Origin: an uncultured delta proteobacterium
Lineage (GTDB): Bacteria; Myxococcota_A; Polyangia; Polyangiales; JAFGIB01
Length of the DNA stretch: 64,000 nucleotides
Direction of reading: 5' to 3'
Assembly: GCA_963778655.1 (NCBI GenBank)
Contig: CAVZVA010000005.1
Location: 256,001-320,000, forward strand
Shown here: piece after piece, positions 9,471 to 20,788 of the stretch
Layout of the letters: each line of letters opens with the position of its first letter
Numbering within the stretch: the first letter of the stretch is position 1
The notes under the pieces: generated by a model
Seen by the model: the letters and a program-made list of their open reading frames with translations, nothing else
The model's database searches: none
Told to the model about the DNA's origin: nothing
Made by a program: the position numbers and the translations under genes

Positions 9471-9728
9471 ATGCCTGCGCGTGTGGCCCGGCCAACCCTG
9501 CTCATCCTGGTGGCGACCTTCGGCTTGCTCACCTCGCTCGCCGCGTGCAGCGCCATCGTGCATCCCGACAGCGGCTCGCTCGGACCGACGCCGGTGGCGT
9601 GCACGCCCGGCCTGCAGGTCAGCTGTCCTTGCGTCGGCGGCGCAACCGGCCAGCAGCTCTGCAACTACGGCGGCAGCTTCGATCCGTGCGTGTGCCCCTC
9701 GGGCGGCGCCGGCGCGAGTGGACACTGA
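9471..9728 (+). CDS. Small Cys-rich lipoprotein
   Basis: Lipobox LAAC; CTPG...CPC.GG..G.Q.C...G..F.PCVC motif. Confidence 0.7.
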   Translation: MPARVARPTLLILVATFGLLTSLAACSAIVHPDSGSLGPTPVACTPGLQVSCPCVGGATGQQLCNYGGSFDPCVCPSGGAGASGH

Positions 9729-9744
9729 GCCGAGCGAGCCAGCG

Positions 9745-10113
9745 CTAGCTCTTGACCTCGAACTCCCAGCGGAAGGTGGCGTCGCCGTCACGCGCGTCCG
9801 GCGGATCGATGGCCAGGCCGTCGATCGCGTTCACCACGCACTGGCCCAGGCCCGCGGGTGCGGTGCTCGCCGCGTCGACCTGCGGCGAGGTGATCTTGCC
9901 GGTTTCCTTCTTCACGGTGAAGCGCACCACCACCGTGCCGGCCGCCTTGGGGTCCTGCTTGAGCGCGGCGTCGTAGCAGCTCTTGATGTCGGCGTTCTTG
10001 GTCTCGAGCAGCTCGCGGGTCACCTTGCGATAGGATTCGGCGTCGCGGGCGTGGAAGGAGCAGCCGCCGAGCAGGCCGAAGCAGAGCGCCGCTGCACACA
10101 GGGTCGTCCTCAT
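9745..10113 (-). CDS. Lipoprotein with AgmX/PglI C-terminal (TonB-C-like) domain
   Basis: Lipobox LGGC; IKSCYDAALKQDPKAAGTVVVRF...G.I...CV..AI; ATGA overlap with the OmpA gene. Confidence 0.8.
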   Translation of the reverse strand: MRTTLCAAALCFGLLGGCSFHARDAESYRKVTRELLETKNADIKSCYDAALKQDPKAAGTVVVRFTVKKETGKITSPQVDAASTAPAGLGQCVVNAIDGLAIDPPDARDGDATFRWEFEVKS

Positions 10114-10769
10114 GGGGCCTTCTCCTCTTTACCGGCGTCTTGCGAGGTCTTCGTCGAGCCCACTTCCTTGCGCTTGCCGGTCTTCGGATCGATCTCGTAG
10201 GTCTTCTTGACCTGGTCTTGTTCCGTGATCAGGAACTCCACGCGCCGGTTCTTTTCCTTGCCTTCAGGTGTGTCATTGCTGGCAATCGGCTTGGACTCGC
10301 CGAAGCCCCTGGCCGTGAGGCGCGCCGCGTCGACCCCATGGTCGACCAGGTATTTCATCACGGCTTGCGCGCGCCCTTCGGAGAGCTTGAGGTTGTACTG
10401 GTCCGAGCCGTCGCTGTCGGTGTGCCCCTCGATCGAGATCTTCTTCAGTTGGGGGTTCTCCTTGACCACTGAGACGATCTCGTCGAGCAAGCCGTTCGAC
10501 TCGGGCTTGATCGTGGACTTGTTGAAGTCGAATTGGATCTTCTCGGTGATCACGATCTTGTCTTGGGTGACCTCCACCCGCTTGGGCTTGGGCGGCGGCG
10601 CAGGAGGCGGCGGAGGCGGTGGGGGCGGCTTGCCCACCACCACCAGCGCGCTGGCGTCCGAGAAGGCCATGGTTCCGCCGCAGCCGCTGGCCGCCGCCGC
10701 AGCGCACAATGCCAGGGCCAGGTTTGCTAACGCTCGATGGGCTCGAGCCGTGGTGTCGAGATCGCGCAT
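10110..10769 (-). CDS. OmpA-family peptidoglycan-binding lipoprotein with Pro-rich linker (start approximate)
   Basis: IQFDFNKSTIK, IEGHTDSDG, NLKLSEGRA, GFGESKPIA, NRRVEF. Confidence 0.9.
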   Translation of the reverse strand: MRDLDTTARAHRALANLALALCAAAAASGCGGTMAFSDASALVVVGKPPPPPPPPPAPPPKPKRVEVTQDKIVITEKIQFDFNKSTIKPESNGLLDEIVSVVKENPQLKKISIEGHTDSDGSDQYNLKLSEGRAQAVMKYLVDHGVDAARLTARGFGESKPIASNDTPEGKEKNRRVEFLITEQDQVKKTYEIDPKTGKRKEVGSTKTSQDAGKEEKAP

Positions 10770-10921
10770 AGCTCTCCGTGCGAGGCCGCACCTCGCGGTA
10801 CCCCAACTGCGAGACCGGCCGAGCATGCGGACTGCGTGACGGTTTTGCAACCCTGTCTGCACGAACGCGGCGCGCCTTGGCCGGCCGCCGAGCTTCGGCT
10901 ACAAGCGGCTCGAGACCAGCG

Positions 10922-11569
10922 ATGGTGATCGCGCCCCTGATCGGTTTCGCGTTTGGATTCGTGGGCTCGATGCCGGTGGCGGGGCCGATCGGGATCCTGG
11001 TGCTCGGGCGTGGCCTGCAGGGGCGCGCGCGGGCCGGGGTCTTCCTCGGCCTGGGCTCGGCGATCGCAGAGAGCGTGTACGCCTACCTCGCGTTCTGGGG
11101 CTTCGCGAAGCTGTTGGCCGGCCACCCTTGGATCGAGCCCGCGAGCCGGGCGCTGGCCGCGCTGATCCTGCTCGGGCTCGGCCTGCGCTTCGCGCTGCAG
11201 CGTCCCACTCCGGATTCGGTGCGTCTGCCGCCGGAGCCCGCCGGCGGCGAGCGGCGCAGCTTCCTGTTGGGCATGACCATCACCGCGCTCAATCCCATGC
11301 TGATGGTCAGCTGGAGCGCCGCCGTGACCATGCTGCACTCGTTCGACGTGGTCTCGTTCCACGCCAGACACGCGCTGCCGTTCTCGCTCGGCGTCTGGCT
11401 CGGCATCTCGAGCTGGTTCGTGCTCTTCACCAGCCTGCTCGGCCGTTTCAAGGGTCGCTTCCGGCGTTCCACCCTCGACGGCCTGCTGCGGGTCATGGGC
11501 GTGGTTCTGATAGTTCTGGGCCTGGTGTTCGCGGTGCGCTTCGCTCTCTACGTCGGCTCCGTGGGTTGA
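10922..11569 (+). CDS. LysE family translocator
   Basis: PVAGPIG, GLG..IAE, ITALNP motifs; about 6 hydrophobic segments. Confidence 0.85.
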   Translation: MVIAPLIGFAFGFVGSMPVAGPIGILVLGRGLQGRARAGVFLGLGSAIAESVYAYLAFWGFAKLLAGHPWIEPASRALAALILLGLGLRFALQRPTPDSVRLPPEPAGGERRSFLLGMTITALNPMLMVSWSAAVTMLHSFDVVSFHARHALPFSLGVWLGISSWFVLFTSLLGRFKGRFRRSTLDGLLRVMGVVLIVLGLVFAVRFALYVGSVG

Positions 11570-11720
11570 AGACCGACAGTGTGCGCGATCAGGCGACTCC
11601 TTTGGGAGCCGGGGTGCTCGGGCCCATGCGCCGTCTGGTATTCTGGAGGAGTCGTTTGAGGCCCATCTGCCCGCAGCCTGCAAAGGAGTCGGCGGGGGCC
11701 ATGTCTCGAGAACCGGCGAC

Positions 11721-12761
11721 GTGAGCGCGGCTCCTCTCAAGGTACTGGTCGTCGACGACGACGACGACATCGTGTCGATGGTCTCCGCCGTGCTGCGCAA
11801 CCACTATGACGTGGTGCGAGCAAACGACGGCAAGAGCGCGGTGGCCGCCCTCGAGCAGCACGAGGTGGCGGCGATCATCGCCGACCACATGATGCCCGGC
11901 ATCACAGGCGTGGAGCTGCTCGACGCCGGTCACGCCTTGAGGCCTGCGGCGGCGCGCATTCTGATCACCGCCTCCGACCGGGTCAACGTGCTCAAGGACG
12001 CCGTCAACCTGGCGCGCGTGCACCGCTTCGTATCCAAGCCGTTGCGGTTGAAGGAGCTGCCCACGCTGATCGGCAATGCGATCCGCGAGGCGCAGCTCGA
12101 GGCCGAGAACGCGCGGCTGGTGACGGAGCTCGCCGCCAAGAACGACGAGCTCAACCTCATCAACGGGCGGCTCGAGGCCGAGGTGCGCCAGCGGACCCAA
12201 GAGCTGCAGATCGCCGTGCAGAAGCTGGAGCAGCTGGCCCTTCGTGATGGGCTCACGGGTCTGTTCAACCACCGCTACCTGCAGGAGGCGCTGGAGGCGG
12301 AGCTGGCCAGGGCAAAGCGCCACAACCACTGCTTGTCGATCCTGTTCATCGACGTCGACCACTTCAAGGTCTACAACGACCGCAGTGGGCATCCCGCAGG
12401 CGACAAGCTGCTCGGGCGCATCGCGGATCTGTTGGTGGGCGGCCGCAACAGCGGCCTGCCGCAGCAGGTGCGCGTCTCGGACATCGCGGCCCGCTACGGC
12501 GGCGAGGAATTCGTGCTGGTGCTGCCGGAGACCGGTCTCGACGGAGCGCTGGTCAAGGCCGAGCGCATTCGCCGCACAGTCGCGGAATTTCCCTTCGACG
12601 GGGCACAGGACCAGCCCGGCGGCAGGCTCAGCGTCAGCATCGGCGTCGCCGCATTCCCGCAGCACGCGACCGAGAAGAAGCAGCTGATCGAGGTCGCGGA
12701 CCGCGAGCTGTATCGGGCCAAGCGCTCCGGTCGCAATTGCGTGTGCGCGCCGGACCGCTGA
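11721..12761 (+). CDS. Response regulator diguanylate cyclase (REC-coiled coil-GGDEF)
   Basis: VLVVDDD, ADHMMPG, SKP; DGLTGLFNH, DVDHFK.YND..GH; RVSD I-site followed by RYGGEEF. Confidence 0.93.
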   Translation: MSAAPLKVLVVDDDDDIVSMVSAVLRNHYDVVRANDGKSAVAALEQHEVAAIIADHMMPGITGVELLDAGHALRPAAARILITASDRVNVLKDAVNLARVHRFVSKPLRLKELPTLIGNAIREAQLEAENARLVTELAAKNDELNLINGRLEAEVRQRTQELQIAVQKLEQLALRDGLTGLFNHRYLQEALEAELARAKRHNHCLSILFIDVDHFKVYNDRSGHPAGDKLLGRIADLLVGGRNSGLPQQVRVSDIAARYGGEEFVLVLPETGLDGALVKAERIRRTVAEFPFDGAQDQPGGRLSVSIGVAAFPQHATEKKQLIEVADRELYRAKRSGRNCVCAPDR

Positions 12762-12795
12762 GCCCGCTTGCGATCGAACGCCCTCGGCCTAGGGA

Positions 12796-13704
12796 CTAGC
12801 GCTTTTCGGCCGGCTTGATGATGATCTCCACGCGGCGGTTCTCGGCGCGACCGTCGCGCGTGTTGTTGTCGGCGATCGGACGGTCGGGACCGATGCCGAC
12901 CGCGGTGATCGACTCGGCGGGAACGCCGCGCGAGACCAGGTAGTTCATCACCGCCTGCGCGCGCTCTTGCGAAAGCTGCATGTTGAAGTCGTGGCTGCCA
13001 CGCGAATCGGTGTGGCCCTCGACCACGATGTTGTGCTCTTCGGCCTGCGGCGCCAGGGTTCCGGCCACCAGCGTCAGCTTTTGCTGCGCGGCCCCGGTGA
13101 GCGTGGCCTTGCCGGACTGGAACAGCACGCTGCCGGGCAGCACGATGACTGTGCCGCGGGTCTCTTCCTTGACGTTGACCGCGGCCGCTTCGGCCAGCTT
13201 TTGCATCGCCTCGTGGTAGCGCTTCTCGGCGTCCTCTCTGGCCTGACGCTCGGCGGCGAGCTGCTCGGAGGTAACGTTGAGCTGCAGGTTCTTCTGCGAC
13301 AGGATCGCCTTGGTCCGCGCCAGCTCGCCCTTGGTCCGCGCGACCTCATCCTCCTGCAGCTTCTGGTAGTCCTCTTCTGCCTTGGCCAGCTCGGCTTCGG
13401 CGGCCTTGGTGTTGGCCTTGGATTGAACCAGCTGTGCGGTGCGCAGCGCGACATAGGCCAGGGCGTACGTCTGCGGCGATTCGGGGTCGTCTTCGTACGC
13501 GCTCTCGGCCGCGTTGAGCGCGACCTTGGCGGTGTGCAGGTCCGCCGGCGTGTACTGGGCGGCCTTGCCCGAGCGCGCCTGGTTATAGGCGGCGCGCGCG
13601 TCCAGCAACTCGCGCGGCGGCGGCGTGGTGGCGCAGGCCGTCAGGCAAAAGGCCAAGAGCAAAAGACCGCGAGTCCAAGTCATGGTCGCCTCCGTCGTGT
13701 GCAT
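12796..13704 (-). CDS. DUF4398-OmpA family lipoprotein (alternative start 13683)
   Basis: Lipobox LTAC; helical N-domain; VLFQSGKATL, VEGHTDSRG, LSQERA, NRRVEI. Confidence 0.88.
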   Translation of the reverse strand: MHTTEATMTWTRGLLLLAFCLTACATTPPPRELLDARAAYNQARSGKAAQYTPADLHTAKVALNAAESAYEDDPESPQTYALAYVALRTAQLVQSKANTKAAEAELAKAEEDYQKLQEDEVARTKGELARTKAILSQKNLQLNVTSEQLAAERQAREDAEKRYHEAMQKLAEAAAVNVKEETRGTVIVLPGSVLFQSGKATLTGAAQQKLTLVAGTLAPQAEEHNIVVEGHTDSRGSHDFNMQLSQERAQAVMNYLVSRGVPAESITAVGIGPDRPIADNNTRDGRAENRRVEIIIKPAEKR

Positions 13705-13711
13705 GGTCTTG

Positions 13712-14083
13712 CTATTGCCCCTTCTTCTGATCCGCCGCCTTGGCTTGATCCAGCTTGGTCTGTGCTTCCTGCGCCTTGGCCACCGTGTCCTGTTCCTTGG
13801 CGAGCGCGATCGCGAGCTCGGCATCGGCCTGGGCCCGCTTGAGCGTGAGCTCGGCGCGCTCGTTGTAGCCGTCCTGCATCAGACGCCGGGCCTTCTCCGT
13901 TTGCTCCTGGGCGAGCTTCAGATAAAGCGCCGCCTGGGGTACCGAGCCGGAGCCGACCTCCTCGGCGCCGCGGATCGCGGCTTCGGCGGTCGTCAAGCGT
14001 TCGGTGGGTGGCGGGTAGCTTCCGCAGGCCATCGCCGAGACGAGGAGCGCAGCGGCCAAGCCGGGAATCGAGCGTCGTGTCAT
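13712..14083 (-). CDS. DUF4398-like lipoprotein
   Basis: Lipobox AMAC; AIRGAEEVG...PQAALYLKLA...RAQADAELA. Confidence 0.8.
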   Translation of the reverse strand: MTRRSIPGLAAALLVSAMACGSYPPPTERLTTAEAAIRGAEEVGSGSVPQAALYLKLAQEQTEKARRLMQDGYNERAELTLKRAQADAELAIALAKEQDTVAKAQEAQTKLDQAKAADQKKGQ

Positions 14084-14594
14084 CGCTTGCCTCATTGGGA
14101 AGTGCCTTGGAGCCGGTCGCGGCGGTGCCAGGATATCAAGGAACTGCTTTTGCGGAAAACCGAAGATTCGTGCCGGCGGCGGCGAATGTAGCAAAGTATT
14201 CACCGGCAGGGAGGGTTGCGTACCGCAGCAAGGGCGATCCGGCCATGCTCGCAGACACGATCGTGCCCAGCGTGCACGCGCGCTGGCGCGGGTGCCACGC
14301 GCGGCGTGAGCCCCACGCTGGCGACGGGTCGAAAAAGGGTGCGCAAAGGTGCAGGCCTGAGCGTCGAACAGGTACGCGGTCCCTGCAGGTCCCCCGCGGC
14401 CGTGCTACATCAGCGGTCATGATACCGGAGGAGCGCTCGCAGCGTTCGGAACGCGGGCTGTCGCGCCGGGCGCTTGCTGCGGGGAGCCGCCGCGGCATCC
14501 GCCTCGCCGAGGTGGGCGGCTGGCATGCAGGCCGCGCTCGCCCTTTGCCGGAGCGAGCGCGCTGAGCTGGACCAGCCCGCGACCCAACAGACCC

Positions 14595-15653
14595 ATGCGT
14601 ACGCCGACCGACGATCTCCGTATCCGCGACATCAAGCCGCTGCTTCCGCCCGCGATCTTGATGGAGGAGATTCCGGCGAGCGAGCGTGCCTGCGCGACCG
14701 TAGCCGAAGCGCGATCGGCGATCGCGCGCGTGATTCACGGCCACGATCCCCGCCTGCTGCTGGTGGTCGGCCCGTGCTCCATCCATGACCCGGAGGCCGG
14801 CCTCGACTATGCGCGCCGGCTGGTCAAGGCGGCCGACCGCTATCAGGACGACCTCTTGATCGTGATGCGGGTCTATTTCGAGAAGCCGCGCACGACGATC
14901 GGCTGGAAGGGCCTGATCAACGACCCGTATCTCGACGACAGCTACGCCATCAACCACGGCTTGCGTCTGGCGCGACGTTTCTTGCTCGATGTGACGCAGC
15001 TAGGGCTGGCCGCCGGCACCGAATTCCTCGATCCGATCACGCCGCAGTTTCTGGCCGACCTGGTGGCCTGGGGCGCGATCGGCGCGCGCACGTCCGAGAG
15101 CCAGGTGCACCGCGAGCTCTCCAGCGGCCTGTCGATGCCGGTGGGCTTCAAGAACGCCACCGACGGCACAGTGCAGGTAGCCATCGACGGCATCCGCTCG
15201 AGCGCCCATCCTCACCACTTCCTTTCGGTGACCAAGCAGGGCGTGGCCGCGATCGTCGCCACCGAGGGCAATCCCGACTGTCATGTGATCCTGCGCGGAG
15301 GCAGCAGCGGTCCCAACTACGACGCCGCGAGCATCGCGCGCACGGTGGATCAGCTCAGGGACGCGGGGCTTGCACCGCGCGTGATGGTCGACTGCAGCCA
15401 CGCAAACAGCAACAAGGACCACGAGCGGCAGCCCGAGGTTGTGCGCGCAGTGGCCGAACGCGTGGCCGGCGGCGACGGAGCAGTGCTGGGCGCCATGCTC
15501 GAGAGCTTCCTGGTCGACGGCCGCCAGGACCACGCGCGCGGCCGCGCGCTCACCTACGGCCAGAGCATCACCGACAAGTGCCTCGGCTGGGAGCGCACCG
15601 AGCCGCTGCTGGCGCAGCTGGCGGAAGCCGCGCGCAAGCGCCGCCTCGCTTAG
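14595..15653 (+). CDS. aroG: 3-deoxy-7-phosphoheptulonate (DAHP) synthase, class I-alpha (AroF/G/H isoform not distinguishable)
   Basis: GPCSIHD, RVYFEKPRTT.GWKG, IGART.ESQ.HR, VDCSHANS, YGQSITD.C. Confidence 0.96.
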   Translation: MRTPTDDLRIRDIKPLLPPAILMEEIPASERACATVAEARSAIARVIHGHDPRLLLVVGPCSIHDPEAGLDYARRLVKAADRYQDDLLIVMRVYFEKPRTTIGWKGLINDPYLDDSYAINHGLRLARRFLLDVTQLGLAAGTEFLDPITPQFLADLVAWGAIGARTSESQVHRELSSGLSMPVGFKNATDGTVQVAIDGIRSSAHPHHFLSVTKQGVAAIVATEGNPDCHVILRGGSSGPNYDAASIARTVDQLRDAGLAPRVMVDCSHANSNKDHERQPEVVRAVAERVAGGDGAVLGAMLESFLVDGRQDHARGRALTYGQSITDKCLGWERTEPLLAQLAEAARKRRLA

Positions 15654-15763
15654 TTTCGCGTCAGAAGCGCCCTTCGTCCTCGGCCCGGCCCTGCGGCGCG
15701 CTGATGTGCGCCTCGGTCCGGTCCCGCGGGCGCGCTCGCTCCTGAACGCTTCTGACGCGAAAC
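15653..15763. mobile_element. MITE-like element with 17-bp perfect terminal inverted repeats
   Basis: GTTTCGCGTCAGAAGCG (15653-15669) and CGCTTCTGACGCGAAAC (15747-15763), starting at the aroG stop codon, between convergent genes. Confidence 0.6.
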
Positions 15764-15835
15764 GAATGCGACCCGCGCGGAGCGAAGCGGCCTCGCGGGA
15801 AGGGCGCGTGCCCCTCCCGAGTAGCAGGGAGCGCG

Positions 15836-17332
15836 TCAGTCGATGCGCTCGGCGAGGAAGCCTGCGACTTTGTCGAGCGCGATTCGCTGTTGGGCCGCGG
15901 TGTCGCGGTCGCGCACGGTGACGGTCTGGTCCCGCAACGTGTCGCCGTCGATGGTGAAGCAGTAGGGCGTGCCGACCTCGTCCATGCGCGCATAGCGCTT
16001 GCCGATCGCCTGCTTGACGTCGAATTGCGTGACGTGCTTGCGCCGCAGCTCGCCGTAGAGCTTCTCGGCGACCTCGGGCATGCCCTCCTTGGCGACCAGC
16101 GGGAAGACCGCGGCCTTGATCGGTGCCAGCCTGGGCCGGAACTTCATGTACAGCTTGCTCGGCCGCTCGAGATCCTCGGTATAGGCCTCGCACAGCAGCG
16201 CCAGCACGCCGCGGGTCAATCCCGCGGCCGGCTCGATCACGTGCGGGAGGTAGCTCTCGCGCGTGTCTGGATCGAAGTAGGTGAGCTTGACCCGCGCGTG
16301 TTCCTGATGTTGCCGCAGGTCGTAGTCGACGCGGTGCGCGACGCCCTCGAGCTCGCCGAAACCCGGTGCCGTGAAGGGGAAGCGGTACTCGATGTCGAAC
16401 GTACCCGCGCCCTCCTTGGCGTAGTGCGCGAGCTCCTCGGCTTCGTGCGCACGCAGCTGCAGGTTGTCCGAGCCGAGCCCGACCTCGCGCCAGAACTGGG
16501 CGCGCTGCTCGCACCAGAACTTGTGCCAGGTGACGGCCTCGCTCGGGTGGCAGAACCACTCCAACTCCATTTGCTCGAACTCGCGCGAGCGAAAGATGTA
16601 GTTGCGTGGCGTGACCTCGTTGCGGAAGGCCTTGCCGATCTGCCCGATTCCGAAGGGCACCTTGACGCGCATGGTGTCGAGCACGTTCTTGAAGTTGAGG
16701 AAGATCCCCTGCGCGGTTTCCGGGCGTAGATAGGCGACCGAGCTCTCGTCCTGGACCGCGCCCACGTAGGTCTTGAACATCAGGTTGAACTGGCGCGGCT
16801 CGGTGAGCGTGCCGGTGGCCGTGGTGTCCGGACCCACCACGCGGGCGAGCTCGGCCTGCGGAATCGCCGAGAGCGCGAGCTCGTCGAAGTCGTCGGGCGA
16901 GGCGCCCTTGACCTTGGCGAGCTTCTTGCGCGCGGCCTCCGGCTCGCCTTCGACGAAAGCGAACATCGGCAGGCGCTCGTCGCGCTTGTGACGAAACACA
17001 CGCAGGTGGTCGTAGCGGTAGCGCGCCTTGGTCTCGCGACAATCGACCATCGGGTCGCTGAAGCCGCCGACGTGGCCCGAGGCCTCCCAGACCTTCGGGT
17101 TCTGGATGATCGCGCTGTCGATGCCGACCACGCTGAGTGGCTTGCCGTCGGGGCCGAGCGGGGGACAGCGCACCATCGTCTGCCACCAGGCGTCGCGCAG
17201 ATTGTTCTTGAGCTCGACGCCGAGCGGGCCGTAATCCCAGAAGCCGTTGATCCCCTGATAGATCTCGCTGGCGGGGAAGATGAAGCCACGGCGCTTGCAC
17301 AGGGCCGTGAGGTCGTCCATCGATACAGTCAC
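15836..17332 (-). CDS. glyQS: Glycine--tRNA ligase, homodimeric alpha2 type
   Basis: CKRRGFIF, DYGPLG, WEASGH, FNLMF, YLRPETAQG, FRNE, REFEQMELE, ELEG.AHR, PHVIEP, RYARMDEVG. Confidence 0.96.
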   Translation of the reverse strand: MTVSMDDLTALCKRRGFIFPASEIYQGINGFWDYGPLGVELKNNLRDAWWQTMVRCPPLGPDGKPLSVVGIDSAIIQNPKVWEASGHVGGFSDPMVDCRETKARYRYDHLRVFRHKRDERLPMFAFVEGEPEAARKKLAKVKGASPDDFDELALSAIPQAELARVVGPDTTATGTLTEPRQFNLMFKTYVGAVQDESSVAYLRPETAQGIFLNFKNVLDTMRVKVPFGIGQIGKAFRNEVTPRNYIFRSREFEQMELEWFCHPSEAVTWHKFWCEQRAQFWREVGLGSDNLQLRAHEAEELAHYAKEGAGTFDIEYRFPFTAPGFGELEGVAHRVDYDLRQHQEHARVKLTYFDPDTRESYLPHVIEPAAGLTRGVLALLCEAYTEDLERPSKLYMKFRPRLAPIKAAVFPLVAKEGMPEVAEKLYGELRRKHVTQFDVKQAIGKRYARMDEVGTPYCFTIDGDTLRDQTVTVRDRDTAAQQRIALDKVAGFLAERID

Positions 17333-17441
17333 GGAGGGGTCCTTTCGCGGCACAGGGGCATGACACAGCAAGGCGAGAAGAAGGGGGAGCTTTCGCCGAG
17401 CGTGCCGAGATACTGATCGGCGCCCGCAGCGAAGTCCACCG

Positions 17442-19217
<1,776 letters not shown>

Positions 19218-19304
19218 GCCCGCAAAGGTACCACGAATCGGCCCGCTTCCGATCCCGGCCTCGCACGCTATCTGTATGAAATCACGTGCTTGTTTGTGGA
19301 GCCT

Positions 19305-20012
19305 TCAGTCGATGCGATAGGGCAGCCGCGGGCGATCGGGCGGGGCCCGCGTCACGCGCCGGCTCCGGGCCGGCCGCAGCAGAGCCTGGTCGACCAGCAG
19401 GATGCAGTCCTCGTCCTCGACCTCGAAGGTCTGCACCGGGTCGCGAGGCAGCAAGCGGGGATGCGCCGTGGTCACCAGCTGTACGCGCAGCGCGCTGTGC
19501 GGGTGCACGGTGAGCAGCACGTGCGCGAGCCCGTCCGCATCGGTCTGGCCCACGCTCTCGCCGCCTACACGGATCGGCAGCCCCGCGCGGCCTGCTCCGC
19601 GTACGCGCACCACGATTGCGGCCTTGCGCTCGAGAGGCTCGCAGCGCGTGCTGAGCTCGAGCGGGGCACGGGCCGCGATCCGCCGCAACACCAGCCTGCG
19701 GGCCGGCACCGGCGTGCGGTAGGCTGGCGGGCACGCGCTGCTGAGCGCGACGCTGCGCCCCTCGCGCCCGCGCAGCTGCACGCGCAGGCTGCCGTCCGCT
19801 GCGGTGGTGCCGAGCTCACGGCCGTCAGCCCAAAAGCGCACGCCGGCGAGCGGTTGCTCACCCGTGGTGGAGGCGCGCAGGCGCAGCTCGAAGCGCTGCT
19901 CCGGCGCGGGCGGCGCCGAGCAACCCGTGCTCGCGAGCGCGAGCGCGAGCGCGGCCAGTCGCTGCGGCGCGCGCCGCCGGCTACGCCCGAGGGTCAATCC
20001 GTAGTTGGGCAT
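19305..20012 (-). CDS. Putative lipoprotein, hypothetical (two G.T.ADG beta-sandwich-like repeats)
   Basis: Lipobox STGC; ELGTTAADG and SVGQTDADG repeats; overlaps the upstream gene. Confidence 0.7.
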   Translation of the reverse strand: MPNYGLTLGRSRRRAPQRLAALALALASTGCSAPPAPEQRFELRLRASTTGEQPLAGVRFWADGRELGTTAADGSLRVQLRGREGRSVALSSACPPAYRTPVPARRLVLRRIAARAPLELSTRCEPLERKAAIVVRVRGAGRAGLPIRVGGESVGQTDADGLAHVLLTVHPHSALRVQLVTTAHPRLLPRDPVQTFEVEDEDCILLVDQALLRPARSRRVTRAPPDRPRLPYRID

Positions 20013-20786
20013 GGGGCGGCTCCCGATTCGCTGCGCTGCCGGCAGAGGCTCGACAGCTTGCGTTCCAGCACGCGCGCGATCAGCGCGTAGACGGGCTGCT
20101 CCGGTCGCGCGCGCGCGAGGCGGCGGTAGGCGACCAGCGCCTCACGGTAGCGGCCGTCTGCCAGCGCAGCCACTGCCTCGGGGACGCTCTGAGCGACCGG
20201 CTCGGTCGTTTCCGCGGCGGGCGCAGGCGTGTCGGCCCTGGCAGGCTCGGGCGTGGGAGCCAGCGTCCGGCTCGGCGCGCGCGGGCGCGGCGCGGGCGCG
20301 ACGCGGGTGGCTGTGGGTGCGGTGCCGCCAGCCGGCGCGGTCGCGCGCGGCGCAGTGGCGCGCGGCGCAAGCGCGTGCAGCGAGAGCACGACCAGCGTCG
20401 CGCCCAGCAGCGGCACACAGACGAGTAGCAACGTGCGCCGCGCCAGGGGCCCCAATATGTGCCCCGCGCGCCGTGGGGCACGCTCGCTCGTCGCCGCCGG
20501 CGGCTGCGAGCGCACTGGCTCGCCCGGGGCGCGCGGGCGAGCCAGCGTGTCGGCCGTGCCCGAGAATCGCCGTGCGCGCTCGGCCCGCGTCGCGCAGCCC
20601 TGCCGTGCTGGTGGTTGTGAGCGACTCGGCGGCGCGGCGCAGGCGCGCGAGCTCGCGCGGCCCGTAGGCCCGCGTGGCGGCGTCGGCGCGCGGCGCCCGC
20701 TGGTGAACGCGGATGCAACGGGTGAGATCGGCCGGGAGCCGCGGCGGCGGCGCCCCTGTGCCGGATTTGCTGCGCAAGCGTCCCAC
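19994..20786 (-). CDS. Single-pass membrane protein with TPR-like C-terminus; probable 1-bp frameshift near 20635
   Basis: GAGGAG RBS plus GTG at 20786 right after the TadA stop. The N-frame (ADLTRCI...DAATRAY) and C-frame (SRSQPP...TM...ALADGRYREAL.AY) differ by one base; span 793 nt = 3n+1. Confidence 0.5.
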
Positions 20787-20788
20787 GC

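Noticed and set aside
14190..14206. Possible sigma54 promoter CGGTGAATACTTTGC upstream of the DUF4398 gene
   Set aside because: Spacing fits but the -24 box is a poor match to TGGCAC; too weak to call.
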